Below are positions 36,241-40,859 of a DNA stretch of 40,859 bases, piece after piece. The DNA comes from a virus (lineage: Duplodnaviria > Heunggongvirae > Uroviricota > Caudoviricetes), in the IMG/VR virus record IMGVR_UViG_2597489870_000008, one strand, 5' to 3'. Positions within the stretch are counted from its first letter, which is position 1. The number at the start of each line of letters is the position of its first letter. The translations under genes and the position numbers were made by a program. The notes under the pieces were generated by a model. The model made no database searches. It was not told the origin of the DNA and worked only from the letters and a program-made list of their open reading frames with translations.

Positions 36241-36593
36241 ATGTTTTCGAAATGGAAGGGTTTCTTCGCGGGAAATGTGTACCACGAGATCTGAAAGTGA
36301 ACGAAACAAATGCTGAGTACCTGGTACGTAAATTCGATGCGCTTGAAGCTAAATGTACGGCACTGGAAAACAAAATAATACCAGTGTCAGCTGAACTGCC
36401 ACCAGCAAATGAAAGTGTTCTGTTATTTGATGCTAACGGAGAAGGCTGGCTGATTGGCTGGCGTTCTCTCTGGTATACATGGGGGCAAAAAGAAACCGGA
36501 GAATGGCAGTGGACATTTCAGGTCGGGGACCTTGAAAACGTCAATATCACTCACTGGGCAGTAATGCCAAAAGCACCGGAGGCTGGAGCATAA
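36231..36593 (+). CDS. DUF551-like phage protein (YfdS-like)
   Basis: 120-aa ORF with C-terminal WLIGW…THWAVMPKAP reminiscent of DUF551; overlaps its neighbours. Confidence 0.55.
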   Translation: MRMNVFEMEGFLRGKCVPRDLKVNETNAEYLVRKFDALEAKCTALENKIIPVSAELPPANESVLLFDANGEGWLIGWRSLWYTWGQKETGEWQWTFQVGDLENVNITHWAVMPKAPEAGA

Positions 36594-37402
36594 TGACCAC
36601 ATTTACCGATAAAGAACTGATTAAAGAAATCAAAGAACGAATCAGCAGCATGGACGTGCGAGACAATGTTGAGCGCCGTGCTTATGAAATTGCTCTGGCA
36701 TCGCTGGAAGAGGATCCGGTGGCATGGCTGCATTCAGACAATGGCTTAGGTATTCCGGCAATAACCAGGAGTAAAAACATTGCTGACAGTTGGTTATCAA
36801 AGGGCTGGTATGTTCAGCCGCTATATATAGCCAAGCCAGTGTCGGTGGTGCCAGATGCTCGTCCATCTTTAAATAATGGCATAGTCGGTTTTGATGAAGG
36901 CTGGAACGCCTGCCGAGCTGCCATGCTCTATGGTGCCGTACCTGCAAGCCAGGCTTACAAGTTGCCACAAACGCAGTTTAAACAGGTTGCTGACCTCTAC
37001 GAAATGCAATTTGATGACGGTCGCACTTGTACCTTTCACACTGATGCGCAAAAGGCTGTGCAATGGCTTCAGGCATGCGACGGAAACAGGGTTCAGGAAT
37101 ACGTTAAGCTGGAACGATTGCAGAACGCACTGTCTGGCAACTCTCCGGTAACTCCGGATGGTTGGGTTATGGTGCCGAAGAGACTAACAGCCGAGAACGG
37201 CGCTAAGGGGGCGCTATCCGGTGAATTTTCAGAAACTACGTTTATAAGCTGCCTGGAATGCTTTGGCGATGATGATTGCGATACCTGTGACGGGAGCGGA
37301 CGTATTGAAATTAAAGTGCCAGTCACGTGGTCGACCATAAAATCTATCTGGGATAAAGGTATCGAGTATTTTGCAGCAAAACCATCACAAGAGGTGAAGT
37401 GA
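36593..37402 (+). CDS. Hypothetical phage early protein (possibly Ead/Ea22-like)
   Basis: 269-aa ORF with a GGAG RBS and a C-terminal Cys/Asp cluster (CLECFGDDDCDTCDGSG); family assignment uncertain. Confidence 0.55.
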   Translation: MTTFTDKELIKEIKERISSMDVRDNVERRAYEIALASLEEDPVAWLHSDNGLGIPAITRSKNIADSWLSKGWYVQPLYIAKPVSVVPDARPSLNNGIVGFDEGWNACRAAMLYGAVPASQAYKLPQTQFKQVADLYEMQFDDGRTCTFHTDAQKAVQWLQACDGNRVQEYVKLERLQNALSGNSPVTPDGWVMVPKRLTAENGAKGALSGEFSETTFISCLECFGDDDCDTCDGSGRIEIKVPVTWSTIKSIWDKGIEYFAAKPSQEVK

Positions 37403-37974
37403 TGAACAACTTAATGATCGACCTTGAGACGATGGGGAAAAATAAGGATGCACCGATCGTTTCCATTGGCGCGGTGTTCTTCACCCCAGAAACAGGAGAC
37501 ATCGGACAAGAATTCTATACGGTTGTCAGCCTAGGCAGTGCTATGAAGCAAGGAGCTACACCTGACGGCGATACCATCCTGTGGTGGTTGAAACAGAGCT
37601 CTGAAGCACGAGCTGCAATCTGTATTGATGATACTTTGTCGATCAGCGATGCTCTCTCAGAACTAAATCATTTCATTAACCGGCACGCAGCCAATACGAA
37701 ATATTTAAAAGTCTGGGGTAACGGGGCCACCTTCGACAACGTAATTTTACGTGGAGCTTATGAGCGAGCAGGGCAAATCTGCCCGTGGGCATACTGGAAT
37801 GACCACGATGTACACACGATCGTTACGCTTGGGCGTTCCATCGGATTCGACCCCAAAATGGACATGCCTTTCGATGGCGAACGGCACAACGCCCTGGCCG
37901 ATGCCCGTCATCAGGCAAAATATGTTTCCGCTATCTGGCAGAAATTAATTCCTGCCACCAGTACAGAATTATGA
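37402..37974 (+). CDS. 3'-5' exonuclease (DnaQ-like DEDD family)
   Basis: MNNLMIDLETMG… (Exo I motif D-x-E) with later …HNALADARHQAKY… (Exo III motif); GAGG RBS. Confidence 0.7.
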   Translation: MNNLMIDLETMGKNKDAPIVSIGAVFFTPETGDIGQEFYTVVSLGSAMKQGATPDGDTILWWLKQSSEARAAICIDDTLSISDALSELNHFINRHAANTKYLKVWGNGATFDNVILRGAYERAGQICPWAYWNDHDVHTIVTLGRSIGFDPKMDMPFDGERHNALADARHQAKYVSAIWQKLIPATSTEL

Positions 37975-38000
37975 TTTTCCCGGGTGCAGCCGGTTTTGAT

Positions 38001-38292
38001 GGAGAAAATTATGAACACCTTGTTTTTACTGATGGCTGAATTCAATACCTCAAACATTGAACTCTCAGCAGTTAGCCAAAAGTACTTTGGTATGAGTCCA
38101 GCCACAGCAGAAGCAAAAGCAAACGCTTGTAAGTTGCCTGTTCCTACATATCGCATTGGCACATCACAAAAAGCAAAACGTTGCATCAATATTCAGGATC
38201 TTGCGGAATACATAGATAAAAGACGAGAAGAAGGACGTATCGAGTGGGAACGGGTCAGAACAGACAAACAGAAGAGCAAAGAACATCACTAA
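38001..38292 (+). CDS. PrtN/AlpA-like small DNA-binding regulator (excisionase-like)
   Basis: MNTLFLLMAEFNTSNIELSAVSQKYFGMSPATAEAKANACKLPVPTYRIG…NIQDLAEYIDKRREEGRIEW resembles pyocin-activator PrtN-type proteins; GGAG RBS. Confidence 0.55.
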
Positions 38293-38346
38293 AGAAAAAA
38301 AACGCATAAAGGCCAATGCCGTTCACTTAAGATGAGCTGCTCTGTA

Positions 38347-38387
38347 TTTCACCAGATAATGTTATTTTGATATCTTAATTTCCCTCG
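38347..38387. repeat. Left 41-bp terminal inverted repeat flanking the CoiA-like gene
   Basis: TTTCACCAGATAATGTTATTTTGATATCTTAATTTCCCTCG matches the reverse complement of 39547-39587 at 39 of 41 positions. Confidence 0.6.
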
Positions 38388-38484
38388 GCTCTGATAGTTG
38401 GGGGCATTTTGTTATGAACACAATACCCAGAACATCCCCCAGATGTTCCTGTCATTTCGGGATGGCAACGAGGATAAGACAGCA

Positions 38485-39519
38485 TCAGAAAAATATTTCA
38501 GCTTTTTTACCATCAAATACCCACTCGCTGGATAAGATTTTCATATTGCTAGCATAATTAAAAGTAAATTCTATCATTATCTTTTGTTTATCATTCGGAT
38601 AGTCGAAAACCTCTAATAAAAAGAAATCTCCTATAATCGAATAACAATGTATGCAACAGTTAGATAAATAACAATCACTGTCTCTGTCCTTAACAGTACC
38701 AATTCCAGCCGCCCAGAGTTTTTTGTTATCCACGTGAGTGGCTATTAGTTCTTTGACATCAGAATCACGAAAAGATAAAAACTTGACGAATACGGACTTA
38801 CTGTAAACAGAAATACCTCTGATAATTCCAGTTCGTTTCTTACATCTCCAGCATTTTGTAACTCGCGATTCTATTTTTGCAGTCAGCACATCCCCAACCT
38901 TTGGGAACCATAATAGCTTTCTGGCAAAAACACCCGCGATAAACTCCCTGACACTAATCCCAAACTGTGGTAGATACAAGTCCCCATTTTCATTCTGACG
39001 CACACCAAAAACAGGTAAATCGTAGCTATGGTATATATTCCCACCATGCTCTTTACTTCCTTTACGTAACTTTCGCAACCACAGTGCACGGACTCCTGAT
39101 GCGATATATCGTTTTTGACGTTCTTTAAATTCATCGTCTTTTTGCGGTGATAACTGTACTTCGAAAACCAGTTTCGCGTTATTTCTGGTACAAAACACAT
39201 CGGCAATCCATTGTTCTCCTGCTGGGGTCGCCCCTTGTTTTTCGGTAGTAACTGACCAGCCAGCATCACTGGCTAATTTTGCGATTAAGAATTTGAGATA
39301 TAAATGTTCTGCGCTTTCTTTCGCATACAGGCAATCGCTTTTGGATTTATGTGCAAAGTAATAGTTATTAAGTTTGCTTGTTTTAGGTATACCAGGCTGA
39401 CCACAGCACGACATAAACAAAGACTGGCTTTTATATGTCTGTTTAAGATATTCCCATTCCTGAGAGTTAAATTCAAAAGAATGAATTTCTTTTCCGTTAA
39501 GTGACGCTTTTAGTGGCAT
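38485..39519 (-). CDS. CoiA-like (competence protein CoiA family) putative nuclease
   Basis: 344-aa AT-rich ORF; N-terminal CCGQPGI…NYYFAHKSKSDCLYAKESAEHLYLKF fits the CoiA signature (Cys pair, FAH, ESxEH) as I recall it. Confidence 0.55.
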   Translation of the reverse strand: MPLKASLNGKEIHSFEFNSQEWEYLKQTYKSQSLFMSCCGQPGIPKTSKLNNYYFAHKSKSDCLYAKESAEHLYLKFLIAKLASDAGWSVTTEKQGATPAGEQWIADVFCTRNNAKLVFEVQLSPQKDDEFKERQKRYIASGVRALWLRKLRKGSKEHGGNIYHSYDLPVFGVRQNENGDLYLPQFGISVREFIAGVFARKLLWFPKVGDVLTAKIESRVTKCWRCKKRTGIIRGISVYSKSVFVKFLSFRDSDVKELIATHVDNKKLWAAGIGTVKDRDSDCYLSNCCIHCYSIIGDFFLLEVFDYPNDKQKIMIEFTFNYASNMKILSSEWVFDGKKAEIFF

Positions 39520-39546
39520 TCATGCTACCTGTATTTACCCTCCCAG

Positions 39547-39587
39547 CGAGGGAAATTAAGATATCAAAAAACCATTATCTGGTGAAA
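39547..39587. repeat. Right 41-bp terminal inverted repeat flanking the CoiA-like gene
   Basis: Reverse complement TTTCACCAGATAATGGTTTTTTGATATCTTAATTTCCCTCG; lies 28 nt upstream of the CoiA-like start codon. Confidence 0.6.
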
Positions 39588-39657
39588 CGCAGTACCATCA
39601 CACTTAAGTGAACGACATTATGTCTAAAGACATTTTAAAAAAATCACCACCTATGAA

Positions 39658-39831
39658 TCATACTGCTTTGCGACGACGAAGCTTACCCTGCTGCTCTTTA
39701 CCAGAGACAGTAACGTGAGTGAACGCATTAGGAGCAGCCTTCATCAGAACTTCAACAGCAGCACCCATACCTGCGAATGCTTTCATTGTGTCGAACTTAA
39801 GCTGTGGCTTGGTTGCTTTTTGATCTTCCAT
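39658..39831 (-). CDS. Small hypothetical protein (57 aa) downstream of the candidate toxin gene
   Basis: Hand-found ORF below the track cutoff: MEDQKATKPQLKFDTMKAFAGMGAAVEVLMKAAPNAFTHVTVSGKEQQGKLRRRKAV, with GGAG 8 nt upstream. Confidence 0.4.
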   Translation of the reverse strand: MEDQKATKPQLKFDTMKAFAGMGAAVEVLMKAAPNAFTHVTVSGKEQQGKLRRRKAV

Positions 39832-39870
39832 AGAAAACTCCAGAAGCTATACCGAAACAATTCCTGTTGT

Positions 39871-40290
39871 TTACTCATCATCAATAGATGATACGCAATA
39901 TTTATTTTTAAATTTAAGGTTCTTTGGCGTAACTTCATCAGATATATCAAAACCGTCCAGAATTCTATTGAATGTAGCTTCTGGCATATCATCATGAACA
40001 GAAATCTCACCCGATCGCTGCTTTCTAACCATGTTATCCACTCGCCAAATTATAGCTTCAGCGTAAACAACATAACTTGGATGCTTGATAAAGCGATGAT
40101 CACCGGAATTCAAAACGCAAGACGGATCGTGGGGGACACCATCCTTGATACTAGAAATATTAACAACTAAAACACAATAACAATCGTTAACGGGGTAATA
40201 AACAGGATCATTACAAATCACATGAAGATGATTGCATGGTCCAGTTGGGGCAAGCACAGTTCCTTTCCTGTATGGCTGATAATCCGTCAT
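39871..40290 (-). CDS. Uncharacterised 139-aa protein translationally coupled to a Panacea-domain gene; candidate PanT-type toxin or defence effector
   Basis: ATG overlaps the stop of the upstream DUF4065 gene (ATGA); AT-rich; Cys/His-rich (…GPCNHLHVICNDP…DPSCVLNSGDHRFIKHPSYV…); no known family recognised. Confidence 0.55.
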   Translation of the reverse strand: MTDYQPYRKGTVLAPTGPCNHLHVICNDPVYYPVNDCYCVLVVNISSIKDGVPHDPSCVLNSGDHRFIKHPSYVVYAEAIIWRVDNMVRKQRSGEISVHDDMPEATFNRILDGFDISDEVTPKNLKFKNKYCVSSIDDE

Positions 40291-40859
40291 GATAATTGCA
40301 AAGAAAATTCCTTAAGTTTCTGAGATTCTTCCATTTTGCCAATTATACGATTAGCCTCATCCTCGCTTTTACCCTCACTGATCAACATTTCTTTCAGGTC
40401 TATAGGCTTACGAGAATTGCCAGGATCGTGCCACTCTGGACAAACGCTTTCTAAATGCGTCATATTTGCGAGATCAAATCGGTTCATATGCCCATACCGA
40501 GAATAGATTTCATCTAAAATCCGGATATCTGCACGACTCAATTCATCAAAGACCTCGTCTGCATCCATTTCCCTCGGATCTGAACGCAACGATACATTAT
40601 GCCCGTTCGTCTCTATCAAGTTGTACCAGTAGTCACCAATGCCTTCAGCCTTACCGCGAATCAAGTTCAGCGTATTCGACATGACTGGTCCAAATTTCAT
40701 AGAGTAAAGGCTATCTTCGCCGATCATCCTGCCATGCTTCAAAATCGACTGGCGGTTAGACAGATAGAGCAGCTTCATCAATTTCAGATATGCCATGCGC
40801 CCACCTCTCTTAAGAAGTAGGTATGCAGCCATTTGAGCTACTTTTTCTTCGCAAAACAT
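40287..40859 (-). CDS. Panacea-domain (DUF4065, SocA/GepA-like) protein; candidate antitoxin (the N-terminus may lie at or beyond the window edge)
   Basis: …MAAYLLLKRGGRMAYLKLMKLLYLSNRQSILKHGRMIGEDSLYSMKFGPVMSNTLNLI… matches the DUF4065 pattern as I recall it; the ORF reaches the last base of the window. Confidence 0.6.
   Translation of the reverse strand: MFCEEKVAQMAAYLLLKRGGRMAYLKLMKLLYLSNRQSILKHGRMIGEDSLYSMKFGPVMSNTLNLIRGKAEGIGDYWYNLIETNGHNVSLRSDPREMDADEVFDELSRADIRILDEIYSRYGHMNRFDLANMTHLESVCPEWHDPGNSRKPIDLKEMLISEGKSEDEANRIIGKMEESQKLKEFSLQLS

Noticed and set aside
1-40859. CRISPR arrays, tRNA or rRNA genes, and IS transposase genes
   Set aside because: I saw no regularly spaced short direct repeats, no cloverleaf-like tRNA candidates and no recognisable transposase ORFs; the only repeat families are the iterons, the operators, the gix-like sites and the 41-bp inverted repeats reported above.

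Overview
The window holds a short chromosomal stretch (pspG and dusA, 1-1580) followed by about 39 kb of an integrated temperate prophage that runs to the window end; its right boundary is not in view. The integrase sits directly next to the 5' end of dusA. Reading left to right, the prophage carries: integrase, a dinI-like gene behind a LexA box, a Gin/Pin-type invertase with an invertible tail-fibre segment, a Mu-like contractile tail module, an HK97-like head and packaging module, a lysis cassette, a Q-like antiterminator, a nin-like region, an iteron-bearing replication initiator, a cro/cI immunity region, and a CPS-53-like early operon. The most interesting part is an AT-rich island at the right end (38.3-40.9 kb): a Panacea-domain (DUF4065) gene overlapping an unrecognised 139-aa partner (candidate PanAT toxin-antitoxin or defence pair), a 57-aa ORF, and a CoiA-like gene bracketed by 41-bp inverted repeats. 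Other cargo includes a secreted-protein moron inside the tail operon, a GrlR-like gene and a PerC-like regulator. All calls rest on reading the ORF translations and the DNA by eye; family names are recalled from memory and no database search was run.
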